DNA of 62,438 nucleotides, the filler included, from Candidatus Methanoxibalbensis ujae (GTDB taxonomy: Archaea; Halobacteriota; Syntropharchaeia; Alkanophagales; Methanospirareceae), in the NCBI GenBank assembly GCA_026134085.1. It is 4 parts of 4 records of this genome, joined end to end, with 100 filler letters (N's around TTAATTAATTAA, not from the genome) between each part and the next. Parts side by side here need not be neighbours in the genome. Positions count along the whole stretch, not along the records: positions 18,678 to 36,557 come from JAOQIN010000037.1; 3 more parts are not named here. One strand, 5' to 3'. Both the position numbers and the translations under genes were made by a program. Position 1 is the first letter of the stretch; each line of letters opens with the position of its first letter. The notes below the pieces were generated by a model. It made no database searches, had not been told where the DNA came from, and was given only the letters and a program-made list of their open reading frames with translations. Shown here piece by piece: positions 19,938-31,697 of the stretch.

Positions 19938-22900
19938 ATGGACAGATCGGCGAGCGGTTGTGATTGTGAGTCTGAAATTGATGTGTGGAAATCTGTGGAT
20001 TTGTATTTTGTGATGCTTTTCACTGCGCTTGCATATCTTTTTGTTCTGGTGTCGCCGTTCAACCAGACTGTGCTGCGCATACCTTTTGCCCTTCTGCTGC
20101 TTTTGTTCCTGCCGGGATATGTGCTCATATCTGCTATGTTCCCACGCAGAAATGAGATAAGCGGCATTGAAAGATTTGTGCTGAGCGTGGGGATGAGCAT
20201 TGCGATAACAGTTTTTGATGGCTTCGCAATAAGCGTGACTCCATTGCGCCTCAGACCCTACTCAATAGTGATTTCACTCTCAATGATAACACTTTTCCTA
20301 ACACTCATAACATTGATTATAAGGGTTCTGACTCCTCGTGAGGAGAGATACGGCGTCACGATCCCCATGATACTCTCGTTTTTCGCACCTCTGAGGGAGA
20401 GAGTGGAGATGAGCGACATAGAAAAAGCGCTTTTAATTGCGCTCATAGGCTCAATCATCATAGCGAGCAGTATGTTTGCATATGCAAAAGTTATATATGA
20501 AATGTATGGGAAGGAGAGGTTCACAGCGTTTTATATACTTGGAAAGGAGGGTAAGGCCGAAAATTATCCGAAGTCAATTCACCTTTTGGAGCCAGCTCCC
20601 GTTATTGTGGGTGTGGAAAACTATGAACATGCACCTACTGAATATATGTTGCGGATAGTATTGGGAAAATATATATTGTATGAGCAGAAAATAGCGCTTG
20701 ATCACAATGATAAGTGGAAGAAAACTGTGTATGTTGTGCCGAAGCATGTTGGAAGGAACATGAAGTTGATGTTTCTGCTTTTTAAGGGAGATGATCTGTC
20801 GTCGCCCTATCGTCGTGTTCATTTGAGGGTGGATTCGGAGATTGATTATGAAAATCTCGATAGAATAAAGCATTATGCGCTGCGATCGCCGCCTGATGTT
20901 GATAACGGAGATATGGAGGCGAATTCAAACTGGACATTTGAGACGAACGCGAATTTCAGGGGTTATTTCACAAAATTCCACATGTATGTTGAGAATGTGA
21001 CTGTGCGCGGATATGTCACCGACAACGAGACTGGCATGCCGATACCGAACGCGAAGGTGCACGTGAGCAATCACTACGGATATGAGAAATGGAATCTCAC
21101 GGACGAGCGGGGATATTATGAGTTGCGTCTGATACGGGATCACTTCTGGATCTCATGCGAGGTGAGAGGATATGATCGCATGGATGAGGAGTTTGATGCG
21201 AGAGGAGCTGATGAAGGGGGTGTCATGCTGAATTTCTCTCTTCCGCCTGTGAGGATTTTCAACATGACATTGAAGGAGCTTGCTGTTCTGAATGAGAGCA
21301 CTGAAAATGAAAATGAGAGTGCGCCGACTTTTGACAGGAAGGGAATGCCCATCTGCAATCTGCGGGGACATGTTGTCGACAATGAGACCGGTGAGGGGAT
21401 TGCGAATGCAAGCGTTATCCTGGAGAGCGAGCTCGGCTTCAGAAAACAGCTCATGACTGATGAAGGAGGATATTTTGAAGTGAATGTTGTCGCTGGAAAA
21501 ACCCGCATATCAGCGAGCGCTTATGGATATATGGGGAACTCCACGACGGAGGACCTTCAGCCTTCTTCGGAAGCGCATGTTGTGGTGCGCCTGGACAGGA
21601 AGCCGGAAGCTGATGCAATCGTGTGCGGGCGCATATACGACAATTCAACAGGCATGCCTCTCCCAAACGCATATGTTCAGGTTCGCAATGAGGAGTTCGG
21701 ATATCATAACTACACGATAAGCAATGCCTCGGGCTATTATGAGATGCGTGTTGTCGCCGGAACCGTGCAGCTGGATGTGCGTAAGGAGAGATACTTCACG
21801 AGCAGCACTGTTTTGAACATATCGCACAACGAGACTGTGAGCATACCGTTTTCTCTTGAGAGGATACCCCCACCAGCAACCATAACGGGATATGTGAGAT
21901 GTAAAGGCGTAAGCATACCGCATGTGAGCGTTGTTGTGAGTGAAATAAAGAACGGAAGCGTTGTTTCAGGAGGATATGAAAAAAGGACAGTCACTGATGA
22001 TCACGGATACTTTGAGATGGATGTAATGCCCGGTCATCTATGTCTGGAAGTGATTCCGAATGTGTATGGTGAGCGCATTGAATTTCATGTGAATGGTGGA
22101 GAACGCCTGAGACTGGATGTCCAGCTGAAGGCATTTCCCAACAGCACATATCACATCATATGTCCGGCCGAGGCTTCGCTTGCGAGGGGCTATCACGGCG
22201 GAATATCGCAGAAATTGTTTGCTGAGCGCGAAGGTGTCGCAACACTTTCATTCAGTGTCTCTGATTCATTCAGAGCTGAAGGACCGTCGGGATACCTGTT
22301 CAAGCAGGTGCTCATTAATGACATAGTCGTCTGGGAGGATGATGTTGCTGGGGATGAGGGATGGCAGCATGTGAAGATACCCGTGACATTTGACGCGGGA
22401 GAAAACAGGGTGTCCCTTCGCCTATATGCGAAGAAGGATGCCAAGCGATTTCAGATGGTTTCGTGCTGGTTTGATGATGTGCGCATAGAACCGCTTTTTG
22501 AATACACAAAGGAGAAAGCAACGATATTCCATATACTCAACGCTGAAGGAACTGCCGAATATCTGAAGGAGCTGCATCTCGGCGAACCTGTGGATTTCAT
22601 CGCTGAAATAGAAAATCATGAGAAGGAGCGCATGCATTACACAATTCAAGCCCGGCTGAATGGATACCTGCTCCATCAGAGGGAGATAACTCTTGATGAC
22701 GGTGAGAAATGGCGCAACAAACTGACAATAACGCCAAATCAGCTTGGCTCACTTTTGAAACTGGAGTTTCTGCTGTTTGCCACACCTGTTCGTTCATATG
22801 CGCAATCTGCATCATATGCATCATATAAATATGCAAATAAAGGAGAGGATGGAAAACCCTATAAATCATTCAGTCTCTGGCTGCCATGCACTATAAACTA

Positions 22901-24428
22901 CAGCAATCTTGATGTGCTTGAGAAATTTGTTCTGCCACGGATGCCCGAAATTGAGAACGGAGATATGGAGGCATGCTGTGAAAATTCTGTTGGGTGCGGA
23001 TGGACATATGAGGAGAGTGATGCCAACTTCACCGGCGCGTTCACAAATGCGACATCTGTATCTCCTTTCTGCTCGTATGAAATTGCGTTTCCAGCATTTT
23101 CAGAGGATGTGGATGCTGCATCGCCTGCCGGCTGCCATGCTGAGATATCGCAGAGATTCTCCATTCCCTCTGATGCGTCGCAGTTGTTGCCCGCGAACAT
23201 TGTGATATCGTTCAGTGTCCGCGACTCATATAAAGAGGAGCGTAAGGGGGTTTTCAGAAAGCAGGTCATCCTCAACGATGATGTCATATGGGAGGATGAT
23301 GTTGCTGGGGATGAGGGATGGCAGCATGTGAAAGTGCCATTGACGCTTTACTCGGCGGATAACAACCTGACACTGCGCGTGTCATGCGATGCCGCGGTTC
23401 AGGGGTTCCCGATAAGAGTGTGGTGGGATGATGTGCGCATAGAACCCATCACAGCTGTCGCCCATAAGATAGGAACTTCCTTCCGCATACTTGATGCAAA
23501 TGGAACAACAATATACCCGACATATCTGCACATGGGCAAACCCACGGAAATCATCGCGGAAATAGAGAACAATGAGGGGATTGCCGTCAATTACATATTG
23601 CGTATAGAGCTCGGAGGTCATCCGATATCAACCCATCTTATAGGTGTTGGAAAGGATGAAAAGGTGCGACACAGGGTATCATTTGTGCCTGATATTGTAT
23701 GTCATAATGAGAGTTTGGAGTTTTTGCTGTTTAAAGAGCGCATAACTGAAAGACCATACAGATATTTCAGAATTGATAATGTTTCATGCGTCATAGACCC
23801 TGATTATCTGGATGCATTGCTGAGATATGGTGTGAAGCGAGCTCCTGAGATAAGGAACGGAGATATGAGCAGCGCATCAGGATGGGAATTCGAACGGAAT
23901 GGAAGCAGCTTTGCGGGTTCACTGACACACGATGCATTCGTCTCTCCGCCTTCTTCGTATTGCATAAAGCACATCGGCGAATCACAGAGTGGAGAGTTCG
24001 GAGCAATCACGCAGCGCATACATTCATCCTCATCGGGCATCGCCATCCTCTCATTCAACCTGCGTGATGATTACAGGGCTGAGGAACATGCGATGCTGAT
24101 CAAGGAGGTTGTGCTTGACGACATTGTCATACTGTCAGATGACGTTTCAGGTGATGATTCGGGATACATGGGGTATGTTGTTGAGAGATACAACGAGACT
24201 GAAGATAGATGGATCGTTGAGCACATTCCGGATGTGAAAGAGGGGTGGCTGCATGTTGATATTCCTGTTTATCTGAGGGAAGGCGACAACGAGCTCGTGT
24301 TGAGAGTTCGCACAGCTGGCAGATTTGAGGGAGAAGTTAATGTTTTCTGGGATGATCTGAGCATGAAACCCGTTGATGACATCATCATGGAACATGAGAA
24401 CATGAGAAGCAGGCGATACGGATGGTGA
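19938..24428 (+). CDS. Large membrane-anchored DUF1616-family surface protein with repeated Ig-like, jelly-roll-like and carboxypeptidase-regulatory-like domains
   Basis: N-terminal TM block ([25 protein letters not shown]), [19 protein letters not shown]; four GxVxDxxTGxPIPNA..TDxxGYY/F-type repeats; three NGDM..W..WxDDV repeats. Confidence 0.8.
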   Translation: MDRSASGCDCESEIDVWKSVDLYFVMLFTALAYLFVLVSPFNQTVLRIPFALLLLLFLPGYVLISAMFPRRNEISGIERFVLSVGMSIAITVFDGFAISVTPLRLRPYSIVISLSMITLFLTLITLIIRVLTPREERYGVTIPMILSFFAPLRERVEMSDIEKALLIALIGSIIIASSMFAYAKVIYEMYGKERFTAFYILGKEGKAENYPKSIHLLEPAPVIVGVENYEHAPTEYMLRIVLGKYILYEQKIALDHNDKWKKTVYVVPKHVGRNMKLMFLLFKGDDLSSPYRRVHLRVDSEIDYENLDRIKHYALRSPPDVDNGDMEANSNWTFETNANFRGYFTKFHMYVENVTVRGYVTDNETGMPIPNAKVHVSNHYGYEKWNLTDERGYYELRLIRDHFWISCEVRGYDRMDEEFDARGADEGGVMLNFSLPPVRIFNMTLKELAVLNESTENENESAPTFDRKGMPICNLRGHVVDNETGEGIANASVILESELGFRKQLMTDEGGYFEVNVVAGKTRISASAYGYMGNSTTEDLQPSSEAHVVVRLDRKPEADAIVCGRIYDNSTGMPLPNAYVQVRNEEFGYHNYTISNASGYYEMRVVAGTVQLDVRKERYFTSSTVLNISHNETVSIPFSLERIPPPATITGYVRCKGVSIPHVSVVVSEIKNGSVVSGGYEKRTVTDDHGYFEMDVMPGHLCLEVIPNVYGERIEFHVNGGERLRLDVQLKAFPNSTYHIICPAEASLARGYHGGISQKLFAEREGVATLSFSVSDSFRAEGPSGYLFKQVLINDIVVWEDDVAGDEGWQHVKIPVTFDAGENRVSLRLYAKKDAKRFQMVSCWFDDVRIEPLFEYTKEKATIFHILNAEGTAEYLKELHLGEPVDFIAEIENHEKERMHYTIQARLNGYLLHQREITLDDGEKWRNKLTITPNQLGSLLKLEFLLFATPVRSYAQSASYASYKYANKGEDGKPYKSFSLWLPCTINYSNLDVLEKFVLPRMPEIENGDMEACCENSVGCGWTYEESDANFTGAFTNATSVSPFCSYEIAFPAFSEDVDAASPAGCHAEISQRFSIPSDASQLLPANIVISFSVRDSYKEERKGVFRKQVILNDDVIWEDDVAGDEGWQHVKVPLTLYSADNNLTLRVSCDAAVQGFPIRVWWDDVRIEPITAVAHKIGTSFRILDANGTTIYPTYLHMGKPTEIIAEIENNEGIAVNYILRIELGGHPISTHLIGVGKDEKVRHRVSFVPDIVCHNESLEFLLFKERITERPYRYFRIDNVSCVIDPDYLDALLRYGVKRAPEIRNGDMSSASGWEFERNGSSFAGSLTHDAFVSPPSSYCIKHIGESQSGEFGAITQRIHSSSSGIAILSFNLRDDYRAEEHAMLIKEVVLDDIVILSDDVSGDDSGYMGYVVERYNETEDRWIVEHIPDVKEGWLHVDIPVYLREGDNELVLRVRTAGRFEGEVNVFWDDLSMKPVDDIIMEHENMRSRRYGW

Positions 24429-24573
24429 CAGCGCAGCAGCGCAGCGCAGCGCAGCAGCGCAGCATTCAAAAGCAGCTCCGCTTTGCTTACACCCGATCTC
24501 AGCTCAATGGGTCCATGAGGGCAGTAGCAGTGGCCGTGAACAGCAGACGGGAGGGGAGCTCTCTTCCGCCTTC

Positions 24574-24582
24574 ATTATATAT
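24574..24582 (+). promoter_or_regulatory. Putative TATA box of radA
   Basis: ATTATATAT about 26-33 nt upstream of ATG 24608. Confidence 0.55.
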
Positions 24583-24607
24583 AGGAGCGCATGATAGAAT
24601 AAGAGGT

Positions 24608-25579
24608 ATGGACAGAGAGGGGGAAAAGCCGACCGATCTTGAGGAGCTGCCCGGTGTTGGCTCTGCGACTGCTGAGAAGTTGAAGGAAGCGGGATACACA
24701 TCAATTGAGGCGATCGCCGTTGCTACACCTGCTGAGCTGGCTTCTTCGGCGGATATAAGCGAGACAGTTGCCATAAAAATAATAAATGCCGCGCGGGACG
24801 CAGTTGAAATAGGGGGATTTGAGACCGGAGAGAAGATACTGGAGCGAAGGAGGAACATAGGAAAGCTCACGACAGGCTCAAAATCTCTTGATGCGCTGCT
24901 GGGCGGTGGCGTAGAGACCCAGTCAATAACAGAATTCTATGGTGAGTTCGGCAGCGGGAAGACGCAGATAGCACATCAATTGGCTGTGAATGTGCAGCTT
25001 CCCGAGGATGAAGGAGGTCTTAACGGCTCCGCTGTGATCATAGATACGGAGAACACATTCAGACCTGAGAGGATAAACGAGATGGCTGCCGCTCTCGGAC
25101 TTGACGGTGAAGAAGTTTTGCGAAACATATATGTGGCGCGTGCATACAACTCAAATCATCAGATGCTCCTCATAGATAAGGCAAAAGAGCTCGCTGAAGA
25201 GCTTAAAAAAACAGATAAACCAGTGAGATTGCTCGTTATAGACTCAGCAACTGCACACTTCCGCACAGAATATGTGGGCAGAGGAACACTCGCAGACAGA
25301 CAGCAGAAGATAAACAAGCACCTGCATGATGCGTTGAGGTTCGGAGACCTGTATAACGCTGTCGTGATAATAACAAATCAGGTGCAGGCAAGACCTGATG
25401 TGTTCTTCGCAGACCCCACAAAACCCATCGGAGGGCACATTGTCGCACACACTGCCACATTCAGAATTTATCTCAGAAAGTCAAAAGGGGAGAAAAGAAT
25501 AGCAAGACTTGTTGATTCACCATATCTGCCTGAAGGGGAGGCAGTATTCTCAGTCGTGAGAGAGGGCATTCGCGACTGA
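24608..25579 (+). CDS. radA: DNA repair and recombination protein RadA
   Basis: N-terminal HhH LEELPGVG, Walker [39 protein letters not shown] before ATG 24608. Confidence 0.97.
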   Translation: MDREGEKPTDLEELPGVGSATAEKLKEAGYTSIEAIAVATPAELASSADISETVAIKIINAARDAVEIGGFETGEKILERRRNIGKLTTGSKSLDALLGGGVETQSITEFYGEFGSGKTQIAHQLAVNVQLPEDEGGLNGSAVIIDTENTFRPERINEMAAALGLDGEEVLRNIYVARAYNSNHQMLLIDKAKELAEELKKTDKPVRLLVIDSATAHFRTEYVGRGTLADRQQKINKHLHDALRFGDLYNAVVIITNQVQARPDVFFADPTKPIGGHIVAHTATFRIYLRKSKGEKRIARLVDSPYLPEGEAVFSVVREGIRD

Positions 25580-25712
25580 TCCCTCTCTCTGCTCTGGCGA
25601 CGGTGTGTGATGTGATATGATATGATGTATGATGGGATGTAGGGTGATGAGATGTAGGGTCATGGGTTGTGGTATAAAGTATCACTGCTCCCGGTGCTCA
25701 TCGCTCGGCCTG

Positions 25713-26282
25713 TTATCCCTCTTCCTCAGTTTCATCTCGGCAGCTGTCACAGAGCATCATGCCGTCTCTCATTCTCAAGTCGCTTGAGAAGCAGCCGCAT
25801 TTCTCACAGATTCCCTGACTTATCTCCTCCGTATCCGCAGATGCTCGCATTATCTCTCTTCCTATGTTCATCTCAAGGAGTTCTGTGAGTATTGAGTTCA
25901 TCTCAGTGTTTATCGCAAGTATGTCCATATCAGAGACAAAGCCGACGAGCTCTCCATCCTCAAGGACTGGCATCTTACGAATGCGAAGCGCGGCCATCTT
26001 CCTCGCGACATCAGACAGACTGTCATCTGGTGATACTGTGAAGAGAGGTGAAGTCATTATATCACCGAGCCTCACCTCGCTCGGTTTGCGGTCCTTCTTC
26101 ACAACTTCATCCAGAATATCGCCCTCAGTTACTATCCCGACAGGCTCTCCGTTGTTCATCACGATTATGCTGTCAACATCGTATTCACGCATGATCCGCA
26201 CGGCTTCTTGAACAGTGAGGCTTACATCCCCCTTGACAACGTCCCTCACCATCACCTCCCTCACAGGAACATCCGTCTCCAT
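25713..26282 (-). CDS. CBS-pair protein with C-terminal zinc ribbon
   Basis: Two CBS domains (GIVTEGDI; DIMTSP) plus GICEKCG...LCDSC. Confidence 0.9.
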   Translation of the reverse strand: METDVPVREVMVRDVVKGDVSLTVQEAVRIMREYDVDSIIVMNNGEPVGIVTEGDILDEVVKKDRKPSEVRLGDIMTSPLFTVSPDDSLSDVARKMAALRIRKMPVLEDGELVGFVSDMDILAINTEMNSILTELLEMNIGREIMRASADTEEISQGICEKCGCFSSDLRMRDGMMLCDSCRDETEEEG

Positions 26283-26460
26283 CTACGTCACCATTGATTA
26301 TTAGCGCATGAGTGATAAATAACTGTATGGATATCCTCAATCTGTGTTGTGCTGTGGCGAGCGCTGAATGAGATACAGAGGGAAGTGCGAAAGATGGAGT
26401 GACGACATGGCACGGTTCGCCCGAAACGGAAGGAGAGATGAAATGAGAGATGAAGATGAA

Positions 26461-27660
26461 ATGAAGTATGTTTTGCTTATAGGAGACGGAATGGCGGACA
26501 TTCCAGATGGCAAGACGCCATTGCAGGTTGCTGATACGCCCAACATGGATTTCATCGCATCCTCAGGTAACATGGGCGTTGCGAGGACAATTCCGAGCGG
26601 ATGTGAGGCGGGCAGCGACATTGCGATATTGTCAATACTCGGATATGATCCACTCAGATATTACACGGGCAGAGGGCCGCTTGAGGCAATGGGAATGGGC
26701 ATACCGCTCAGTGAGAACGACACAGTGTTCAGATGCAACCTTGTAACAGTTGATGGAGATGTGATGATTGATTACAGCAGCGGACACATAAGCAGTGAGG
26801 AGGCTGAGGAGCTGATAAACGCGCTTAATCGCGCTTTGAAACCGAGATTGAATGAGATATTGAGGCGTAAAGGAGCGGACATTGAGTTTTATCCGGGTGT
26901 AAGCTACAGGAATGTGCTTGTGATAAGGGGATGCAGGATAGAATGCAGCATGCCGCCGCCTCATGATGTTCTCGGCGAAACCATCACACTGCCTGATGAT
27001 GAAATGCTGCGTGAGATCGTGCTCGCGTCGCGTGATGTGCTTGAGGGCCATGAGATCAATGAGAAAAGGGCAAGAGAAAAGAGAGCGAACATGATATGGC
27101 TCTGGGGAGGCGGCGTCGTGCCGAATATGCCACCATTCAAAAGATACGGTGTGAGCGGAGGATGTGTGATATCCGCGGTGATGCTCGTGAAGGGCATAGG
27201 CAGATGCATAGGGCTTGATGTCATTGAAGTGCCCGGTGCCACAGGATTCATAGACACGAACTATGAGGGAAAGGTCTCTCATGCGCTTGAATGCCTGCTG
27301 AAACATGATTTCGTGCTGGTTCATGTTGAGGCGCCGGATGAGGCCTCTCATATCGGAGACTTTGACCTCAAAGTGAAAGCGATAGAAGAGTTCGACAGGC
27401 GTATCGTCGGAAAAATGCTGAACGGTCTGTCCTCTCTGTTCAATGAGTATCGCATATTACTCATGCCAGATCACGCAACACCCGTTTCTCTGAAAACGCA
27501 CACGAGCGATCCCGTCCCTTTCGCAATTTATGATTCAAAAAAAGCAAAAAAGGGATCCGCAAAAAAGCGATGTTTTGATGAGAAATCAGCACTGCTGGGT
27601 GAAATTGGCATGATAGATGCAAAAATACTTATGAAAAAATTGCTGAATTCTGATCTCTGA
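26461..27660 (+). CDS. Cofactor-independent phosphoglycerate mutase family (ApgM-like paralog)
   Basis: LIGDGMAD, GSDIA, YTGRGPLEA, VHVEAPDEASH, MPDHATP, HTSDPVPF. Confidence 0.9.
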   Translation: MKYVLLIGDGMADIPDGKTPLQVADTPNMDFIASSGNMGVARTIPSGCEAGSDIAILSILGYDPLRYYTGRGPLEAMGMGIPLSENDTVFRCNLVTVDGDVMIDYSSGHISSEEAEELINALNRALKPRLNEILRRKGADIEFYPGVSYRNVLVIRGCRIECSMPPPHDVLGETITLPDDEMLREIVLASRDVLEGHEINEKRAREKRANMIWLWGGGVVPNMPPFKRYGVSGGCVISAVMLVKGIGRCIGLDVIEVPGATGFIDTNYEGKVSHALECLLKHDFVLVHVEAPDEASHIGDFDLKVKAIEEFDRRIVGKMLNGLSSLFNEYRILLMPDHATPVSLKTHTSDPVPFAIYDSKKAKKGSAKKRCFDEKSALLGEIGMIDAKILMKKLLNSDL

Positions 27661-27792
27661 TCGGATCCACTGTCAACAATCGCACGATGTCTGGCTGTCG
27701 CGGTGCAAAATGCTTGCTGGTGCTTGCTGGCGCTTGCCGGCAAATCCCCGCATTGAGAACATCGCCTGTTGAAAATTTATTTTCAACCGAGG

Positions 27793-28812
27793 TCACACCA
27801 GTTCTGAATTGAGCCTTTTTGCTGTGAGCCTGAAGAGGATCGGGTATAGCAGGGAGCGAGGGAGCATTTTGCATATGGAACACGCTGTTCTGAACAGAGG
27901 CAGGGGCCTGAAAGTGGGATCTGATGCGAGCATTTTGAAATATGCACGTTCATTAATATTTGCTGAATGAAGGAAATCGGGAATTATTCTTGCGTTGTGC
28001 AGCGCTCTTATTATTCCGGCGCCGGTGAGCTCGTCTGCTCCCATGCATGCGTCGCCTGCAAAAACAACATCATGCGCAATAAGCGGTCGCTGATAGCCGA
28101 GAGGCACAATTCCAGAGGTTTTACGCAGTATTTCTCCCTCAACTCCGTGCTCCTCTTTCCATCGCTTCAGGAAAGTGCGTGTGCCATGGCGTGCGCCGCG
28201 ATCTGCAGTGATCAGCCAGCCGACTCCAATATTTACGGTGTCAGTGCGGTCGTTTTTTGGGAATATCCAGAGATATCCGAGTCTGTCGTGCAGCCAGTAC
28301 TGCTCAAGCATGTCTCCGGGATATATGTTGCAGTCCTCAATGGTCTCCTGATATGTGATGCCGCATCTGCTGATTTCAAGCGACTTGAAAACGGGCTTGC
28401 ATCCCGACGCATCTATGATGATGTCATGATTTTCACCGATGTCGCGCTTTGTGCTTATGCGCCTGCCTGTTATTATCTCTGCTCCCTCTTTTTCTGCGAT
28501 ATCAGCGAGAAACCTCAGGAATCTCGGCTTATCAAGCACAACCATCCGTGCATTTTTCGGAGTCACTGTGTATTTCCTGCCGGCTGCGTGCAGAAGAACG
28601 CCTTTTACTTCTTTGCTCACAGCTGTTTTTGGCGGATAAATCTGTTCATTCTCCCTTATGAGATGTGCCTCTCCACACCTCACGCCGTCTGGATTGAAGC
28701 CTATTTCACGATGCCGCTCATAAACGCTCACATAAAATCCTTTCCTTGCAAGCCAGTATGCAGATGCAAGACCCGCAACTCCCCCTCCCACAATTGCCAC
28801 TTTCACTGCCAT
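27793..28812 (-). CDS. FAD-dependent oxidoreductase, geranylgeranyl reductase family
   Basis: VAIVGGGVAG Rossmann motif, CGEA, IIDASG, GYLWIFPK, AGDA..GAGI; start at MAVKVA. Confidence 0.85.
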   Translation of the reverse strand: MAVKVAIVGGGVAGLASAYWLARKGFYVSVYERHREIGFNPDGVRCGEAHLIRENEQIYPPKTAVSKEVKGVLLHAAGRKYTVTPKNARMVVLDKPRFLRFLADIAEKEGAEIITGRRISTKRDIGENHDIIIDASGCKPVFKSLEISRCGITYQETIEDCNIYPGDMLEQYWLHDRLGYLWIFPKNDRTDTVNIGVGWLITADRGARHGTRTFLKRWKEEHGVEGEILRKTSGIVPLGYQRPLIAHDVVFAGDACMGADELTGAGIIRALHNARIIPDFLHSANINERAYFKMLASDPTFRPLPLFRTACSICKMLPRSLLYPILFRLTAKRLNSELV

Positions 28813-28901
28813 CACGCTCCCCGCCGCTTCATTTTGATGAAAAGAATGAATAAAATGAAAAGCCCCGAAGGATTCTTCATTTTGAGGGATAATTAACAGG
28901 C

Positions 28902-30110
28902 ATGGCGAAGGCGGTTCTTGTTGTGTGCGACGGTCTTGGAGACCGCCCTTTTGCAGGCGGCAGGACACCTTTGCAGGCATCCTCAAAGCCGAATATTGAT
29001 GAGCTCGCTGCAAACGGGATAAACGGACAGATGGATGTCATATCGCCCGGTATTGTTCCGGGGAGCGACACTGCACATCTCGCACTTCTCGGCTACGATC
29101 CTTATCAGTGCTATCCGGGAAGAGGCACATTTGAGGCTCTCGGTGCTGAAATGGACTTTCGTGAGGGTGATGTTGCGTTCAGGGCGAACTTCGCCACAGT
29201 CTCTGAGGATGGAAGCATTATTGACCGCAGGGCGGGTCGCATAGGAAGCGATTCACTCGCAGAAGCGCTGAATGTTGAGATAGATGGCGTTGAGATTCGT
29301 GTGAAGCACACGGTTGACCATCGCTGCGCAGTGGTTTTCAGGGGGGAGAACCTCTCACATCTCGTGTCTGATGTTGACCCTCATGAGGAGGGCATGAAGC
29401 CGAGAAAATGCAGGCCCCTGAGAAATGATGAACCGGCAGTGAGAACAGCAAACATCGTGAACAAGTTTGTCGAGCTCTCATTCAAAATACTGGACTCACA
29501 TGAAGAGAACAGAGAGCGTGCAGAAAAGGGAATTCCCAAGGCAAACATACTTCTTCTGCGGGGAGCAGGCACTTATAAGTCAGTTGAGCCTTTTGAACAG
29601 CACTTCGGATTCCGTGCATGCTTCATTGCAGGCGCATCTCTGTACAAAGGAGTGGCAAAGTTCCTCGGCATACAGACAATTGATGTCAAAGGTGCGACAG
29701 GCAGAGCAGATACAAACCTGAAAAACAAGGCAAAAGCAGCAGTTGACGCACTTAAAAAATATGATCTCGTTTTCTTACATGTTAAAGCGACAGATAATTT
29801 TGGGCACGATGGTGATTTTCATGGGAAAGCCAGCATGATAGAGCGCATAGACAGTGAATTGATCCCATCACTCACTGAAACAGATGCTATCATCACGATC
29901 ACCGCGGATCACAGCACGCCTGTCTCAATTCGCAGACACAGCGCAGACCCGGTCCCTCTTCTCATAAACGGAGAGGGCGTCCGAAAAGACGATGTCAAAG
30001 CTTATGATGAAATTTCAGTCGCTTCAGGAGGTCTCTGCAGGCTGAGAGGACTTGACCTCATGCCCACAATATCCGATCTCATGGGCTTTTATAGGATGTT
30101 TGGCACCTGA
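28902..30110 (+). CDS. apgM: 2,3-bisphosphoglycerate-independent phosphoglycerate mutase (archaeal)
   Basis: VCDGLGDRP, PGSDTAHL, DRRAGRI, HVKATDNFGHDG, TADHSTP, HSADPVP. Confidence 0.93.
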   Translation: MAKAVLVVCDGLGDRPFAGGRTPLQASSKPNIDELAANGINGQMDVISPGIVPGSDTAHLALLGYDPYQCYPGRGTFEALGAEMDFREGDVAFRANFATVSEDGSIIDRRAGRIGSDSLAEALNVEIDGVEIRVKHTVDHRCAVVFRGENLSHLVSDVDPHEEGMKPRKCRPLRNDEPAVRTANIVNKFVELSFKILDSHEENRERAEKGIPKANILLLRGAGTYKSVEPFEQHFGFRACFIAGASLYKGVAKFLGIQTIDVKGATGRADTNLKNKAKAAVDALKKYDLVFLHVKATDNFGHDGDFHGKASMIERIDSELIPSLTETDAIITITADHSTPVSIRRHSADPVPLLINGEGVRKDDVKAYDEISVASGGLCRLRGLDLMPTISDLMGFYRMFGT

Positions 30111-30242
30111 CTGATACCTGACTGATACCTGATTGATTTAAGACAGATGCATGGAATAATAGAGCATTGCGCTCAGTGTGGGTTCTGTGCTGCGGGCAGA
30201 ACTGCCTCCGCCCAAGATCAAGCCCAGCGCGTCGTTGAAGCC

Positions 30243-31181
30243 TCAGAATGAGGAGTCCGATTGAGTTGTCGCCTTCCGCCACTCAGCGAGCAGTATGGAG
30301 AGGACAGCCATTCTGACGGGGACCCCGTAGAAAGCCTGCTCAAAGAATTTGGCCTGTTTCATGCTGTCAACAGCTTTTTCCACCTCATCTGTTTTTGGAA
30401 GCGGATGCATAACTATAACTTCCTCATTTCTTTTCAGAAGCTCTGCAGTTATTCTGTAGGAGCCTATCACCCTCATATATTCTGCGGGATCAGGAAATCT
30501 TTCTCTCTGAATTCTCACAACATAAAGCACATTTATGTCATCTATCACATCCTGAATGTCCTCTGTTTCATATATTTTTGCACCAGCACTCATCAGGTCC
30601 ATTTTGATCTCATCCGGCATTCTGAGAGATGGCGGAGATACGAGGAATATTGATGCGTTGTAGAGTGCGAGTGCGTATGCGAGGGAGTGCACGGTGCGTG
30701 CGTATTTCAGGTCGCCCACGAGTGCGATGCGGAGGTCATGCAGTTTTCCCTCCTTCTTCATCGTGTATAAATCAAGGAGTGTCTGCGTGGGATGATGACC
30801 TGCTCCGTCCCCTGCGTTTATTATTGGCACGGATGAGAACTGCGAGGCCATACGAGACGCGCCTTCCTTTGGATGTCGCAGTGCGATGACATCGCAGTAA
30901 GATGACACAACCCTGATCGTATCAGCGAGGTTCTCTCCCTTCACTGCCGAGCTTGCCTCGGCTGAGAAATTGATCACATCGCCTCCCAATCGCTTCATCG
31001 CAACCTCAAATGAAATGCGTGTGCGCGTGGAAGGCTCGTAAAACATGTTCGCAAGTATCCTGCCCGCAAGCATATCGCTTTTCCTCTCTCCCCTCGCATA
31101 AATTTCAAGCGAAGCCGCCTTCTCCAGTATATAATCTATCTCATCCCTCGTGAATTCCCGCATTGAAATGATGTGTCGCAT
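30243..31181 (-). CDS. pyrB: Aspartate carbamoyltransferase catalytic subunit
   Basis: FYEPSTRTR, NAGDGAGHHPTQ, RIQRER, MHPLP; start at MRHIIS. Confidence 0.96.
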   Translation of the reverse strand: MRHIISMREFTRDEIDYILEKAASLEIYARGERKSDMLAGRILANMFYEPSTRTRISFEVAMKRLGGDVINFSAEASSAVKGENLADTIRVVSSYCDVIALRHPKEGASRMASQFSSVPIINAGDGAGHHPTQTLLDLYTMKKEGKLHDLRIALVGDLKYARTVHSLAYALALYNASIFLVSPPSLRMPDEIKMDLMSAGAKIYETEDIQDVIDDINVLYVVRIQRERFPDPAEYMRVIGSYRITAELLKRNEEVIVMHPLPKTDEVEKAVDSMKQAKFFEQAFYGVPVRMAVLSILLAEWRKATTQSDSSF

Positions 31182-31302
31182 GTTCTTTGTCTTTATGTCT
31201 CCAGCAATGAGACTCAACAGCAATCTCAGCGATGAGACTGTGGCAGCACGAGGAATAAAAGAATAGGAAGGGGAAACTTTTTCCCCTTCTGATGAAGGTC
31301 AT

Positions 31303-31581
31303 CTACTTCTCCATCCGCAGCACTATCTCTATTGAAGAGACACTGATCTTCTCGCCCTGCTCGCCCTGCAGCTCTTCGGTGCCTATTCGGATGTCTTTCA
31401 CCTGCACACCCGGCATGAATTTATTTCGTATGACCTCTGCGGTGTCCACCGCACGAGATATCGCTCGTCCCCTCGCCTTCAGCACAACCTCTTCGCAGCC
31501 GTTGTTGAACTGAGTCACCACTGCCAGCACATAGCTCATCACATTCTTATTCCCGATGTAGATCACGTTCTCCTCTGCCAT
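31303..31581 (-). CDS. albA: DNA/RNA-binding protein Alba
   Basis: [37 protein letters not shown]. Confidence 0.97.
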   Translation of the reverse strand: MAEENVIYIGNKNVMSYVLAVVTQFNNGCEEVVLKARGRAISRAVDTAEVIRNKFMPGVQVKDIRIGTEELQGEQGEKISVSSIEIVLRMEK

Positions 31582-31697
31582 TCCTGCTCACCAGTTTGAG
31601 ATATGCCATCACCTCTTAAATATGTTGTGCCGCATCCAGGAGAATCGTCCGCATGGCTCCTCTGCGACGCCTGAACACGGATGCGGTGGGGTGGGAA

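Noticed and set aside
24422..24607. N-terminal extension of RadA with QQRSAA repeats
   Set aside because: Comes from an intergenic CAGCG microrepeat; TATA and RBS point to ATG 24608
27967..28896. 309-aa + strand ORF (and similar long antisense ORFs such as 26632-27351)
   Set aside because: Antisense shadows of well-supported genes, with no recognisable motifs
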